Positions 63,735 to 64,000 of a DNA stretch of 64,000 nucleotides are shown here, in pieces (the stretch's first letter is position 1; each line of letters starts with the position of its first letter). Position numbers and translations under genes: made by a program. Below the pieces are notes generated by a model. That model was not told the DNA's origin. It ran no database searches and was given only the letters and a program-made list of their open reading frames with translations. The stretch is from Octopus vulgaris (taxonomy: Eukaryota), in the NCBI GenBank assembly GCA_951406725.2, contig OX597821.1, forward strand, positions 44,206,001 to 44,270,000, read 5' to 3'.

Positions 63735-64000
63735 TTTAATCCAAACGGGAAACAAAAAAACAACAACAAGGGAACAATTACAGTATTATTATTAATAGGC
63801 GCTCAGGAAATGGAAGCAGGGAGGTATGACGTTTCGAGCGGAGCTCTTCGTCGGAAACATAAAGAAGGAAGAGAGAGGAAAGAAAGATCCCGGAGCGGGC
63901 AACGGAGATAGAGAAAAAAACGGCTGGTGTTAGGAGTAGCACATGGTGAAAGGCGGATGTTTACGATAACGAGAGCAAAGTGGGTTTTTAAAGGCAAAAG
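63732..64000 (-). mobile_element. Penelope-like terminal module, runs off the window
   Basis: CpG-rich, abuts (TA)n at 63699-63731, carries a minimal hammerhead-like core at 63828-63854. Confidence 0.5.
63828..63854 (-). ncRNA. Minimal hammerhead-like core
   Basis: Minus strand: CCGACGA a GAGC tcc GCTC GAA ACGT C; palindromic ACGT in place of stem III; U4 to C change; stem I weak. Confidence 0.5.

Overview
Eukaryotic, AT-rich, extremely microsatellite-dense DNA that is almost entirely intronic or intergenic. The SINE families and repeat landscape look like an Octopus (coleoid cephalopod) genome; this is inference from pattern recognition, not a database search. Nearly all tracked ORFs are microsatellite artefacts or antisense to decayed LINEs. 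The only long intact ORF (48441-50495, 684 aa) is a young, 5'-truncated R4/Dong-clade non-LTR retrotransposon (RT + CCHC finger + restriction-like endonuclease) inside a (TAA)n tract. A second, diverged R4/Dong 3' fragment (38797-39292, minus) also sits in (TAA)n. The two share a covarying 3'-UTR stem-loop at the same distance from their ends. Other elements: decayed RTE, CR1/Zenon-like and L1/Tx1-like LINEs; three tRNA-derived SINE families with many copies; mariner-, pogo-, piggyBac-like and Helitron-type DNA elements; and three (TA)n-anchored modules with hammerhead-ribozyme-like cores typical of Penelope-like elements. One good candidate host exon (56687-56795, +) encodes a hydrophobic signal-peptide/TM-like segment, with an overlapping uORF. 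Several foldback structures could be dsRNA/ADAR substrates. No CRISPR array, rRNA or true tRNA gene is supported. Coordinates of degenerate repeats are approximate.
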